Positions 40,601 through 63,899 of a DNA stretch of 64,000 nucleotides are shown here, in pieces. Both the position numbers and the translations under genes were made by a program. The stretch comes from Amoebidium appalachense. Taxonomy: Eukaryota > Protista > Ichthyosporea. Positions within the stretch are counted from its first letter, which is position 1. Each line of letters starts with the position of its first letter. The notes below the pieces were generated by a model that was not told where the DNA came from, did not search any database, and saw only the letters and a program-made list of their open reading frames with translations. The DNA is taken from the NCBI GenBank assembly GCA_963693365.1, contig CAVNZM010000004.1, positions 2,564,389 through 2,628,388 on the forward strand, written 5' to 3'.

Positions 40601-41375
40601 GTTCTCTAAGTACATCTCTATTCTCACATATTAGTGGTTCTCACAAAAACAGACAATACATATTACAGACACAGTGAGCATCATAGCTAAGTATATATCA
40701 CTCTTTTTGCAGGGCCACATCAAGTTATCTGGGGCACTTGTATATCTGAAGGATCACCTCTACACCCTACAGGTCGACAAGGAAGGTGCGTGTCTTATCA
40801 CCTGGTTTGATCTGTAAGGTTTGGTACAGAGATCTGTCACAACCCCCCCCCCCCCCCCCCCTCCCTCCCTCGATTCTGTCTTTGCAATTCTATTCTGTGA
40901 GGTTCAAGCTTCCTAAATGCCCCGACCCCGGCCCCACCTATCTTCACCGGAACACCAGCCCACAACCCGTTGTTGCCCCCCGCCCCCTTTTTTTAATCCT
41001 TGATCTTTGTGAGTTGATCCAGATCATCGAGTATACCTGCACGTATGTACGTACACTGCATCTTTAAATGACATACGTGCTTGGCTTGCCCAGGTGTGTC
41101 GATCAGCGATGAGTTCGACTATGTGGTGCTCTTTTCTGAGGCAAAGTGGGTGGGCAACCCCGGCAAGGATGGTGCACCAATACAAATGCCTAGCAACCTC
41201 AGAAAGGTATGCTGGTGTGCAAGTACACGTGGCCTGGTTAGAATATACAGTGCACATGGCAAAGGCTTTCTTGTTTCTTTGCTTTTTGTAGTATGTTATC
41301 CGTGCCACACAGTTAATTTTTCATTGAGACAGGAACAAAAGATGGAGGCCAGACGTGGGCGGCTAGTGAGTGTGT

Positions 41376-41406
<31 letters not shown>

Positions 41407-41614
41407 GGGGGGGTAATGTGGGAGCGGAAGAGGTGTATGTGTGGGGGGGTGGTTCTGTGTGTATGTCTGTGTTTTGTGTGTTTGCGGACTGGTGTTTTCG
41501 CCATGTGTTGTGTGAGTGTGCAGCAATGTAACGGTTACGGCAGGGGGGAACATGGGAAGGATGGTGGGGGTAGGAGATGGCAGGGTCACGTATGCGTACT
41601 GTGTGTGTGTGTAT

Positions 41615-41645
<31 letters not shown>

Positions 41646-42022
41646 CGCACGCGCGCGCAGGGGCAGGGGTGGGTGGGTGGGTGGGTGGGTGGGTGGGTGG
41701 TGGAGGTAGTGGGGGGAGGGGGGGGGGGGGGGGGGGGGGGAGGATGTGAGGATAAGGAAGATCCGAAGTGCTTACTGTGTGGTGGGTGCAGGGGCTGAAT
41801 GCATTCAAGGCAGCCAAAGTGGAGGAAGCCAAACCAGTTCAGTCCAGGTAGTGACTGGTGTGTTGTCTAGTCTTTGCATAGGCCTAAAGTCACTATGTGC
41901 TTGTTGTTCTTGCGCATGTTGTCTGGGGGTTTGCCAGGGTCAGTAGTAGGCAGAGGTTTTTATTTTTATTTTTTATTTATTTACTTTTTCTTTTTTTTAG
42001 GGTTTGTTTGGTCGTGGTGGTG

Positions 42023-42077
<55 letters not shown>

Positions 42078-43551
42078 GCGGGACAAATGGGGGAGGGGAC
42101 CAGGGCAGGGGTGGGGGCAGAGGGAGATGGGGGAAATTTCAAGATGCTGGACCGGAGGGAGGGAAGAGGGAGGGGGAAGGAAGCTCCGGTGGGTGTGTTA
42201 ATGTGGGCAAGTGTGGGGTGGGGTAAAGGGGGGGAGGGGGGGGGGGGGGGGGGGAGCGGAAGCACGTTAGAAGAGAGGAAAATGGAGACAAGGAGCTGGT
42301 CCGGAGCAAAAAGAAAGACAACCAAGCAAAAATACAAGCTTGTTTCATCTAATACCGGCACCCAACACTAAACGGGCGCGGTAGCAACATACAGGCCGAC
42401 CGCAACAATTCAAGTCACAGCGACGTTCCTACAGAGCAACCCGATACAGAGGTGAAAGAACATGATGTCAAGCAACCAAGACTCCACCCTGCACCCCCAC
42501 CTGTAACAGTGGCCAGGCCGGCCAAAAAACATGCCCCTTCTGCACCGAGCCGCTACCAAGCTCTTGCTTTCACGTATGTTGTTCCCCCCCCCCCCCCCCC
42601 CCCCCCCCCCCACCCCCCCCCCCCCCACCCTCCCGCTCCCCTCCCCCCCCCCCCCCCCCCTCCCATTCCCTTCTCCCCCCCCTCCTCCCTCCCCCCCCCT
42701 CACACACGCACACACACACACATAAACAAACCTCCACCCCTGCAAAACCGCACTCGTGTTTTCCATCTCATATTTTCTGTTACCGGCCGAGTAGAGCATA
42801 GCTATGCGAAGGAATTTACTACGGTATTGGACCCTCTACTGTAGCTATCCATATGAGCCTGTTTCTACTTATATGAGCATACCGAATACGTAAACTGCTT
42901 CGATATGCACATGACATGATTCTTGTCTTCATGTCTGTGTCGTTATCTGCTCGGCTAGGGCCGACAGCTTTGGATGAGTGCGTGTCGGTGGACCTCGGGC
43001 ATATGTGGGTGTGTTTGAGTATGGTGTCAATGGTGATCGTGGTTATGGAAGTGTGAGTTGGTAGTCGGGTGGGCGGGTTAGTAAAGATTGTGTATTTTTT
43101 AAAGGGAGAGGGGGAGAGGAGGGCGGGCGGGGGGGGGGGGGGGGGGGGGAGGGGGGGGGGGGGGGGAGTATGGTGGTAGTCGTGTGGGTGGGATAGGTGG
43201 CCTAAACTTTGATGAGTCGCTTATTGCACGGATTTTTTTTTTTCGAAGAGGGGAAAGGGGGAGGAGGGGGGGGGGGGGGGGGGGGGTATGTGGGGATTAG
43301 TTATGTAACATGTGTGGTTGCAGGAGTACAAGTCAGAAGCCAGCGCCGGTACCCGACCAGCCCAAGGGGACAGTGGCAGCAATGCCTGCAGCCGTCAAAA
43401 AGGCCACTGTGCAGGGTATTGTAGAACCTATCATTCCCCTTTGCCCCTTCCTCCCCCCCCCCCCCCCCCCTCCCCCTCCCCCCCTCTCCCCCCCCTCCCT
43501 CCCCCCCCCCCCCCCGCCCCCTCAGTGCCCCCCCGCACCACCACCAAACAC

Positions 43552-43589
<38 letters not shown>

Positions 43590-44051
43590 TCTTACGGGCA
43601 CACACATGCACCCATGCGCGTTTTCACACACACACACACACACACACACACGGAGCTACCATTCTCGGCCACCTCAATCGCCCCCACCCTCACCTTCTAT
43701 CCCCACTATCCCTCCCCTCCCCCCCCCCCCCCCCCCCTCTCCCTCCCCCCTCCTCCCCCCCCCCCCCCCACCCCCGGCCCCCCGCGCACGGTTCTCTCAT
43801 ACTGTTCCTTGTGATATTGTTCTCCCCCCCCCTCCCCCCCCTCCCCCCCTACCCCACCCCACCCACCCACCCGCGGCTTTTAGAGTACATCCATATCATT
43901 TATGGTTCAAAGAGTGAAGGGGGCACATACCCCTATCCCATCCCTTGATCCGATTCCTTGCTGCTCTACCCCCCCCCCCCCCCCACACCCCCCCCCCACT
44001 TTCCCTCCCCTCCCTCCCCACACCTTCCCCATCTCCCCCCTCCCCTCTCTC

Positions 44052-44083
<32 letters not shown>

Positions 44084-45909
44084 TTCCACCCCTTCTTTCC
44101 CAACACAATCAAATTTTGCTGCAGTGACAAAACCAGTGCCTAAAGGGGTCGGTGGAGTTGGATGGACTTTTGATGACAGCAAGAGGATGCTCACAAAGGG
44201 CCAGGGGGCACAACACCGCCCTCCCCTTGCAGGTATGGGTGTCTGTGGTGGCATTCAATGGGTCCTGTTAGTGTGTAAAGGGGGGGGGGGGGGGAGGGGA
44301 AAGAGGGGGGGGGGGGGGGGAGGGGGAGAGAATAGCAAGAGGCAATCAAATACCATAGGAGAATCCGAGGAGAAGGGGGCAAAACCAAGAGGTTTTTTTT
44401 TTTTTGTGGGGGGGGGGGGGGGGGGGGGGGGGGGTTTGAATGCGGAACACGGTACGAAGTACGCATACACGAAGGACACATGCAAAGGCAAACATTCAAG
44501 TATGCAACATCAGCCATGCGCACAGTATGCGCCATAAGCAGAGCCCATCCTCAGGGAGGGGTAGGGGGAGAAGGGGAAGATGGGTAGGTGGGATGAGGGA
44601 GACCTTGCGTCCATTGCCCACAAGTCTTGACAGCATAATCTTTTTTTTTTTTTTTTTTTTTTGGTGGTGGTGGTTGGTGTGGGGGGGGGGGGGGGGGGGG
44701 GGGGGGTAAGAAGATGGAGACGAGTGCAACGAAAATACTACCTACCAGATTGAATTCAGCACATTGCACATCTAGCAAATATCTGCAGCCTGGTTTACTG
44801 TTGCCCCGCAACCCCTCGACCCCCCAAAACCTCTCAACGACCCCTACTCCACAACCCCACTTTCAATGCCCAATCACCATCCAACCATCCAGATACACAC
44901 ATCCCACCACATATTGACACAAAACATAGGCATGGCAAACATGGTGCATATTCATGTCGATCTTTCACTCTCAACCACCAGCAACATGTACACAGATTTT
45001 CGGGAGGTGGGGGCAGGCGATATCGATGCCATAACAATTAACTATAATCCCCCTTCGCCCCCTTCTCCGTCCCCCCTCCTAAGAACAACAAAGGAAAATC
45101 AAAGGATAAAAAACAGAAACACAGTCTCACAAACGACACACACCCCGTGACCATCCACTCACACACAAAATGTCCATCTTTTCCAACCACTCTGTTGCCC
45201 AGACCACACCAACAAACGTCCAGCCCCCATCACTGCCCCCTCAGCCCCCACCAAGCGGCCCTGTCCCCAGCCCCTCGCCGTCAATGCATCTACTGCCATG
45301 CAAGGGCCAGCTGCTGCTGGTGTGCCATTACCCTGCCCTTCCCCTCCCCCCCCAAACACACACACACAGAGAGAGGCCTCCTCCCCGACCTCAACCTTGT
45401 GACGCTTACTCTTACATGTATGCTCCTTTTTCCCCTTAATTGATCTGCTTCGTGTAACCCGTTCTAGATCTAAGCGTGCCACATCCCCCCCCCCCCCCCC
45501 GTTTTGACCCTCCCAAGTTCAGTTGATGCTGCTGTCTGAGTTGGAGAGTCGTAGATACGCGGGCTGAGGGGTCGAAACTCAGACACAATTGATGACCTGG
45601 GCCCTCCCTGAGGATGGGCTCTGCTTATGACGCATACTGTGCGCATGGCTGATGTTGCATACTTAAATGTTTGCCTTTGCATGTGTCCCTCGTGTATGCG
45701 TACTTCGTACCATGTTCCGCATTCAACCCCCCCCCCCCCCCCCCCCCTCCTCCCGACCACCAAAAAAAAAAAACACCGTAGATAGGTCATGCATACACGT
45801 AAGCACACATTCCTGCACATTTGTGTGCAACCGCATGTGCACACGTGCACACATCTTGATGCACCTAATAGGACCGCTCAGCGCCTTTCCCATTTTATCG
45901 CCCTAACAA

Positions 45910-45947
<38 letters not shown>

Positions 45948-46083
45948 CACACACACACACCAAATCTCCCCCCACCAATCACACAGACATTTGACTAACA
46001 CAAACACAAATGCGTACCCACACACCCACACAAAAACATGCACACACACGCACTAAGTTGACACCAATAGCGCACGCGTGCAC

Positions 46084-46125
<42 letters not shown>

Positions 46126-46201
46126 TGCACGTGTGCGCACACAAACACATACGCATACACATACACACATGTGTACACGCACGCATGCACACACGTACAC
46201 A

Positions 46202-46274
<73 letters not shown>

Positions 46275-46310
46275 ACACACACACACACACACACCCGTAC
46301 GCCTGCCCGC

Positions 46311-46354
<44 letters not shown>

Positions 46355-46496
46355 AGCCCGACCCGTCACAGCCCCCATCATCACTGCAGCAGGTGGGGAG
46401 GCAGCGCCTAAGGAAGCACCTCCAAAGGCCTCCACCAGCCTGGACCTGTGGGGGTTTGATCTCGCAGATGAAATGGTCGAGTCGTGGAAGAATTAA
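36872..46496 (+). CDS. RHL1: RHL1-like DNA topoisomerase VI accessory subunit; core exons 36872-36957, 37173-37261, 37689-37769, 39587-39675, 40713-40785, 41094-41206, then ~7 exons of low-complexity tail; start codon uncertain
   Basis: Phase-consistent splicing gives [21 protein letters not shown]|[29 protein letters not shown]|[24 protein letters not shown]|[21 protein letters not shown]. This is colinear with my recollection of the plant RHL1 core (DIIRK...FLFSFPG...IGEL.DLGT.NP.LYLDFPQG.MKL.G..VYPK..YLTLQ...EDxF...IVFSEAWWIG). Confidence 0.8.
44435..44560 (+). mobile_element. Poly-G-anchored dispersed repeat, 5' half, copy C (RHL1 intron)
   Basis: Near-identical to 50795-50935 apart from a short internal deletion; preceded by a long G run. 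Confidence 0.88.
45501..45726 (-). mobile_element. Poly-G-anchored dispersed repeat, near full-length copy D (inverted)
   Basis: Reverse complement of copy F; flanked by C runs on both sides. Confidence 0.9.
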
Positions 46497-47197
46497 CTAA
46501 CCCAGTAAGTACTGAAGACCATGATGTGATGTGTGGAACATGGGCGGATATATATTCGATAACCATCATAGAATAGCTTCGATGAAAATGTGTTGAATGA
46601 TCCCGACTAAACATGAATCACTTGGACGTGTAGGTTTTCACTGACAGTGTTACTGTATGTGCATCGTCTGCGGCAACAACATTACATGGTATGCATAAAA
46701 CATGTTCTTTATTGGTAACTGCTTGCCACACAGTCACAGTATGTAGCCAGCTGAAATGAGAATGGGGCTTAAAAGTACATACTGCACTGAGTAAATATAG
46801 GATATTTTTTTGATGTTAGTTCTCAACTGATCACTGATCAAGGTAGCTCTATCTGTAAAAAGCTAACCATCATACGTTACACTCTTAACAAAGCCCGTGA
46901 AAGCAACCACCGGGGTTTCAAACGTTTCTTGGACTAAAATGATTTTCTACTATTTACCAATATTTACCTGGAAGAAACCCCATACCAGTGCACAGCACCC
47001 AGACTGAAACACACGAACCAACACTACACACCCTATATCCTTCGGCAAAGTCAAATACAAAAAACGACAAAAGAACATTCAACAAAAAGCCCACCCCTTT
47101 CTCAAATCCTTCCCACCATCATCATTCCACTACACCTTATTACACACACCAGTCTATATTCTCTTCTTCTCCCTGTAGACTGTGTAAACCCACCATC

Positions 47198-47545
47198 CTA
47201 TTTTCTCGGTTTTAACCCGACCTTAGCAGCTGCCCCCTTGAGTTCATGCATCAGCCATAGGCCAATAGTCAGTAGGCACACAGATCCTGCCTGGTGGGAT
47301 GCTGCTAGTGGTACGGGCACAAAGTAGAGAAGAGTGGAAATGCCCAGACCAACCTGTGTGCATGTATATGTGTCAAACAACTGAACCCCCCCCCTCTCCT
47401 GTAGGTGTATTGCCTGCCTCCTTCCCCCCTCACCCCCACTTCCCCGAGGAGGGGCTCTCTTGGAATGCATACTCTGTATGTGCTTTGGAAAAGGACATTG
47501 TGTTGTTTGTCGTGCACATAATTCTTTATACCCCCCCCCCCCCCC

Positions 47546-47585
<40 letters not shown>

Positions 47586-49542
47586 CCACCCACCCACCCA
47601 CCCATCCACCCACACACCACCACCACCACCACCACCACCACACACACACACGCCATCTTTACACTCCGATGCAAAAGGAGGAAAAGTGGAATACAGCATC
47701 ACCTACCACCTGCCCACGGCTCACCATTCGGCTACCCTGTGCATAAACCCTACAGGACGCACACTCCAACGTGCAACACTGAACACACGAATGAAAGTGG
47801 TCTGTGGACACATCTGGTGGTGGTGTGTGTTTGTGTGTGTGTGTGTACGGGCATGATTGGTGAAGAAAATGGGGGAGGGAAAGGACGAGAAAGGAAGGGG
47901 AGGGAGAGGAGGGGAGGAAGTGTGGTGGTGGGTGGGTGGGTGGTTGCGGGGAGGAGGCACCAACCTGTACACAAGCCATAGCCATGAGGGCATTTGCAGC
48001 CGCTCGGGCTCGGCCCGGCAGGTTCACGGGCCGGGCCATGGCCCACAGACCCGTGATCACACCGAATGTGGTCATGCCCTGCACATAAACATGCTCAGCA
48101 CTGCCCTAATCAATCTCTTCCCCCCCCCCCCCCCCCCCCCCCCCACCCCTTGGAGCCTGCCCGTCTGTCCATCTGCATCCCTCGCGAAAATTCGGTCATT
48201 CTCAATCGACTCATTTTCCCGTGCCAATAAACATGATTTGGGCCATGCATGCTTTAACCTGTTCAGATCCGTAATTTCCACGAGATCGACATGTAGTGTA
48301 CTGACATCGACAGAGTTTGTGCTCTAATGTGGACATGAGATCGATAGGAACTAGCCATATAAAAGTTGCACGAGATTAAAATGTACACTTATCCTTCGTC
48401 TTATGCAAAAAAAAAAAAAAAATGAACTTCACTCTAATAACGATACCTTGTATATGGTGTAACTAGAAAGGGTGCTTGCCGGCTTGACTAGTCAATGTCG
48501 ACATCGAAATGCCGTCAATGCAATCTTCTGATTGGACCATTCTGAAAATGGCTCCGAATGGCAAAACATGATTGGCCGGCTCAGTCGACATTCGATGGCA
48601 ACTGCAAGATTTTCTCAAGTAAAAGTCACTTCAGAAACAGATATAAAAGTATACGAAATAATGATATTTTCCATAAATCATCTTAGTAACGTATGTAGGT
48701 AAGACATGTATCTGTCGGCATATGCAATTTATTTGAGCTTTTTCTATCGATTTTGAGCCGCAATAGAGTTGTTTAGGCCTTGGACGGGACCCGTTCAAAT
48801 AAATTAGTCCGGGCCTCAAGAGGTTAAAAAGGCGCTGTATCACTCCATTTCCGTGCAGCTGCTTGTCTAAGAAAAAGGGATGCACTATGTGTCTGTGTGT
48901 TTACACACGCGCCTACGTGTGCATGTGCTTGCATGCCTCTAAATGACGGCATATCTACATACAGTCTTGTCTGTAACCTGTGTCTCCCCCCCCCCCCCCC
49001 GGGGGGGGGGGGGGGGTCCCTCAGAGAGGACAAAAACCACGCCTTACCCATCTTTCCATCTCCTAATCAAAAACACGGAAAATCACAATGCAACAAGCCC
49101 TCCCACACTCACCAGAATGCGATGGTTGAACTGTACGGTGGTTGGGTTTTCGGTGATGTTTCTGATCTTGGGCTCGAAGGCAAGCAGGTCACAGGGAATC
49201 CAGCGGTCGGCAAACTTGGGGAAACTGTTGTAGACTAGGCCTGCATCCAAACCAGCAACAAATGCACCTGTATTTGACACATACAAAGCACGTGTTAATA
49301 CTTGAGATGACAATTATTCTCAGAAGTGACAAATAATTGCTTACAATTGAAGTCTCGTATATACTCCCAGAAATGGCGTTTAGACGCTCAGATATGAAGT
49401 GCGAAAGCACGAAAAAATGAAATGTTCATGAAAATTGCGTAAATTTACTCAGAAAGTAAATTTTCCAAAGGGGGTAAATCCTCGATACAAATACACCTAT
49501 CGCCTTGACCCCCCCCCCCCCCCCCCCCCCCCCCCAAAACAC

Positions 49543-49615
<73 letters not shown>

Positions 49616-50037
49616 GAAGAAACTCGAAAAAACGGACCTGCACGATAGCTCAATCGCACTATACACAAGACGCACACAACAAAACATAAACACACGAAAC
49701 ATACATGCACGCATGCACACATGCACACACCCACACGCACAATCACACACACACACACACACACACACCTCCCTACCACATACATCTTCCAGCCAAACAC
49801 GAGCCAAATATGCAATGTACACGTACCTGAAAGGGCCGTGAAGAAGATCAATCCCACCGTGCCATGAGTGTATCGTCGGAGGGAGAGAGCACGTGGGTCC
49901 GCAATCTGAACACGTGATTGTTGGCTATGTTTAAAATGGCAATTCGAAGATGTATCTACACTTGACAGGGGGCACGCCTCAGGAGAGGTGAACCCGAACA
50001 TTGGGGTGGGGGGAGGGGGAGGGGGTGGGGAGGAGGG

Positions 50038-50068
<31 letters not shown>

Positions 50069-50743
50069 AGGGAATTTGGATGGATGGATACACGATAGGA
50101 TGGGATATACGGAAACTCGGGCTTAAGCGACATAAAGGTAAACAGAAAACAGAAGCCAGACGTGTGCAATCAGGTGGGCCTTGAGCAGAATCCATCAGGA
50201 CGACTGCCATACCTCCACAGTAAAATAAAGTGGCTTGTGTTGGCAATTTTTTCGGTTTTGCTTTGATTGATTGATTTATTTTTTTTCCCGATGTGTGTGT
50301 GTGGGTGGGTGGATGGATGGGGTGGGGGTGGGGGTGGGGGGAGTGGGGAAGGTAGTCCATATGCCGTCTAGAGCTTGCTTGTTAATTACCATATACAACC
50401 AAGGTTTTTATAGAGCAAACACAAGTAACCCCGCACAATTCCGGAGGGGAGGGCGGGGACGGGGAGGGGAGGGGAGTGAGTATGCAACATCAGCCATGCG
50501 CACAGTTTGCGTCATAAGCATAATCCGCGTATATACGACTCTCCAACTCAGACAGCAGCATCAACTGAACTTGGGAGGGTCAACCCGTCTTGATCAAAGA
50601 CGAGAAGGGTTGCTTATGCAAGCAAGGTGAGCACAACGGTGAAGATGTGTGTGCAAACTAAAGCAGTGCAGCGAAAAATGCGTATGTGCTTACAGATGCA
50701 CGACACAGACCAACCATGCCCGGTTGCATGGAAGTGCGTGTGT

Positions 50744-50796
<53 letters not shown>

Positions 50797-51781
50797 TGAA
50801 TGCGGAACACAGTACGAAGTACGCATAGACGATGAGAAGCATGATGCAGGACACATGCAAAGGCAAACATTCAAGTATGCAGCATCAGCCATGCGCACAG
50901 TATGCGTCATAAGCAGAGCCCATCCTCAGGGAGGGCCCAAGTCATCAATTGCGTCTGAGTTTCGACCCCTTAGCCCGCGTATATACGACGCTCCAACTCA
51001 GACAGCAGCATCAACTGAACTTGGGTGGGTCAACCCGGGGGGGGGGGGGGGGGGGGGGGGGATACCACAGCAGGAGGCACCAGCAGGCTGAATGCACTGC
51101 TAATGGTGAAGGCAAAGATGACAAGGGCCGTGCCAAGATGCGCTGCAAGGCGATACTGGCTCACACGAGGCACCCCCGTTGGGTCCGGGTCCTCCTTCAG
51201 GCCACTCGTAACCATGTACCACCCCAACCCACCCTGAAATCCAATAAGGAGAGAAATCCCCAATAGACGTTTTTTCAGGGGAGTTGGAACATAGGGGCGG
51301 GTCATGAGGAAGAGGGCGGGTCCGGCGAATGCGACACCCAAAACACGGCCCAAAACGCGGTGGAACCACTCCCAGAAGAAGATGAACTTGAATTCTTCGA
51401 GCGTGATGCCCTTGTGAGTGCTGTGTTGTGTGTGTGTTGTGAGTGAGTGAGTGTGTGTGTGTGTGTGTTTGGTGGTGTGTCTTGTGAGTGCGTGAGTGAG
51501 TGAGTGAGTGTGTGTGTGTGTGTGTATGTGCGCGCGTGTCTGGTTACTTTCTGGCGGGAAGGAGAAGAACAGGCGGTCAGTATAATGAACAATAACAAAT
51601 CACCGAACCAATCAACACACTAGCTTCATATCAAACCTGTTTTACACACTCTTTCCACTCGGCCATCTCTTCAACTATTTCTTACCCTGTGACGATGTTT
51701 ATATAGGCAGCATTGTGCTTCCATAAATTCGTACCCATGCTCCCTCTCTCTCCCTCCCTTCCCCCCCCCCCCCCCCCCCCC

Positions 51782-51853
<72 letters not shown>

Positions 51854-52136
51854 CATCGAATGTAAAGAAAAGAATAACTTGTGGACACACCCACACCCAT
51901 ACCCCTTTTCCTCCCCCCCCCCCCCCCCCCCCAGGGGACAACCTCTCTCATGCCTTGCCCGCATCCTCTGCCCTTTGCCCCCCTCCCCCCTCTTCTTCCC
52001 CCCCCCCCCCCCAAAAAAAAAAAAAAAAAAAAAAAAAATAAGATAAAAAATAGAAACACATGCCCCTGCTGCCCCCGGCCCAAAACGGAAAAATATATAT
52101 ATATATATATAAAAAAAATGCGCGCGGGCACACACA

Positions 52137-52180
<44 letters not shown>

Positions 52181-53074
52181 TACATACACACACACACCTC
52201 ACACACACACGCTCACTCCCCCCCCCCCCCCCCCCCCCCTAAAGGAAAAAAAAAAAAACAAAAAAAAAAAACGTGTCCCTCATCAGCCACACACAAACAT
52301 AGGCACAAAAAAAAACCATGCCTCGAAGACATCGCTTTAGGCACAAAGTGTTGGGTACTTACTACTTGTACTCAGGGTACTGCTTGTACTGCTCAAACTC
52401 CCTCTCCCACTCCTCCTCCGTTATTGGTGGCCTTATGCCCACAATAGGCTCCCACCTCACCATCGAGAGACCAGACTCGGTCAACCGCGTGATGCCTCCC
52501 ACCACCACTATTCCCACTACCATCCCTGCACATCCAAACAACCATCTGCCAATCCATTTCTGTGCACGTGGTGTGAGGGCGACGGCTGTGGGGGCAGCCG
52601 CCTGAGTGGCTGCCTGTGCCGTGGCGGTGGCTGTGGACTGTGTCCTTTTTTGGAGCAGAGAGAAGGGATGGGTGGTGGTTTGGCGAGTGACGGGCTGTAG
52701 CAGGAACAGGTTTGACATAAGGACCGATGGGGTGTTCATAAGAAACAAGTTAGCTACGTGGATAGATATGCGGACTCGAAAGCATTTTTGTATGTGCAAA
52801 TCGGAATAACCACAAAAAAGCTCCTGCAAAAGTGCGCTCGATCGCGAACTTGATGATTTGCAACTTAATTAATTTAACTTTAATTTCTTTCCAAGAGCAG
52901 GCAACAAACATAAAGCCACCCTTAACAGAATTATTCACATTCACAGAAACATACCACAGAGTGCCGTTGTGGGAACGAGCTGAACGAGCGGAAGCATTGC
53001 CCCTGGGACGTCTGCCGTAGTTGGCTGACGAGACCGCTCAGCGACTGTAAAGAAAACATGAGAACTCGGCCCAT
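47198..53074 (-). CDS. COX15: Heme A synthase COX15, 7 exons; start at 53074 or 53059
   Basis: [20 protein letters not shown]...[49 protein letters not shown]...[30 protein letters not shown]...[17 protein letters not shown]...LAASHQAG; N-terminus resembles a mitochondrial presequence. Confidence 0.96.
48258..48823. mobile_element. piggyBac-like non-autonomous element (MITE) in a COX15 intron
   Basis: TTAA at 48254-48257 and 48824-48827 flank imperfect TIRs CCTGTTCAGATCCG / CCTCTTGAGGCCCG (10 of 14 positions match); interior is AT-rich and lacks CA or poly-C tracts. Confidence 0.6.
50477..50586 (+). mobile_element. Poly-G-anchored dispersed repeat, 5'-truncated and internally deleted copy E
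   Basis: agtatgcaacatcagccatgcgcacag...cataagca joined to ccgcgtatatacgactctccaactcagacagcagcatcaactgaacttgggagggtcaaccc. Confidence 0.88.
50795..51036 (+). mobile_element. Poly-G-anchored dispersed repeat, longest copy F (~240 bp; COX15 intron)
   Basis: Reference copy, embedded between two long G runs. Confidence 0.9.
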
Positions 53075-53859
53075 GAAAGAAACATGCACAGTAAGAACGC
53101 TCTCACGTAGCAAAGAGTTGCCCAGCGGTGCCACGTATAAGGATTAGTATATGCATGAACTCATCATGCTCGGTGCATGTCAGAGCCCTCCCCCCCCCCC
53201 CCTCCCCCCCACCTCCTCCCCCCCCCCCCCCCCCCCCCCCCCCGCCCCCCCCTCCCACCCCCCTCCCTCTTTCTGAAACCACGCGCCCATCACCAAAACC
53301 ACGATCGCTACCGCCGCCGCCGCCAACACCACCGCTACCATCACCGTGAACACCATCACTCCCCACCCCATCCATACCGCATACCAGTGGCACCCACCCA
53401 TCACAGCTTCATGCAACTTGACTTTCACGAACGTGTATATGCAACATGTGACTTGCAGTGTATGCGCTTGAAAGCGTTTACGTGCGGGTACACCTTTTTT
53501 GCATGCGTATGTTTGTCTCTGGCTTGAGCTACCTTTACTGTTTGCGCGGCCCCGGGCCTCGCTTGGCGCAGGCACGCCGAACCAAATGCCCTTAGGGCAC
53601 TGCTACACACCGGCAACGCCATGCTTTCTCCCTTTCCTCCCCTGCTTACCAAAAACTAGAAAAGAGCCTGGTATTATACCCTTACAGAAACGCTTTTACA
53701 CCCCCCCGTACCCCTCATATGTATAAGCTATGTGCTTGTATGCAGCGAGCCAGATATGAAAGAAACAAAACAAAAACATGTGCCGTTTTGCTAGAACAAC
53801 ACAGAACAGCACGGAACGATCTACCGTGCGCATGGCCAGCAAAAGAACAGAAAAACACA

Positions 53860-54040
53860 TGCGGGCCAAAAGTATTGGAGAGTATTGGCCAATCATAATG
53901 ATCCTTGTGCCTTATAAGGTTAGTTATTTAACGCGTGCTATTGGCACATGTTTTGCGCTGTTACCATGTTTGGCTCATTTTCCGTTGAAAAATGTCGCGC
54001 CTAAAATGAAAGCGGCCGATTTCTATTGGTTCATTTCAAA
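53860..54040. promoter_or_regulatory. Divergent COX15/EXO1 promoter with clustered CCAAT boxes and an MCB/E2F-like core
   Basis: ATTGG/CCAAT at ~53873, 53885, 53889, 53940 and 54025; ACGCGT at 53931; TCGCGCC at ~53995. Confidence 0.5.
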
Positions 54041-54404
54041 TTAGGAACGTTTCAGCGGATGTCGCTCTCCGGCCGAAGCGCTGTGTGCTTGAAGTGAAAA
54101 GGAAAAAGAAGAAAAAGGCACCGTGAAAACCCCAACCGGTCTGCCTAATGCGCTAGTATTAAATGAAGGAGACAACTTTCTTGCGCATAGTTCAGCTTAT
54201 AATAAGAAACACCCAATTTTATTCGTAAGCGTGCAACATACTAGTTCGTTAGACTTCGGGTGGTTTGTAAAGACACACAAGGAAACTCACTAGGGTTCTA
54301 GCTGCCATAGAGGGCTCGTGTGCTTTTGAAAAAGTGCAAGGAAGAAAAGGTTTAAGATAGCCCCGAGTGTGTGAGTGAAGTGAGTAGAGGTACACATCGC
54401 AACC

Positions 54405-63899
<9,495 letters not shown>

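Noticed and set aside
45530-45590. Hammerhead-like CTGAGGG...CGAAAC with a stem III-like helix in the dispersed repeat
   Set aside because: A9 is G, stem II is essentially absent and stem I cannot close; not a valid core by eye.
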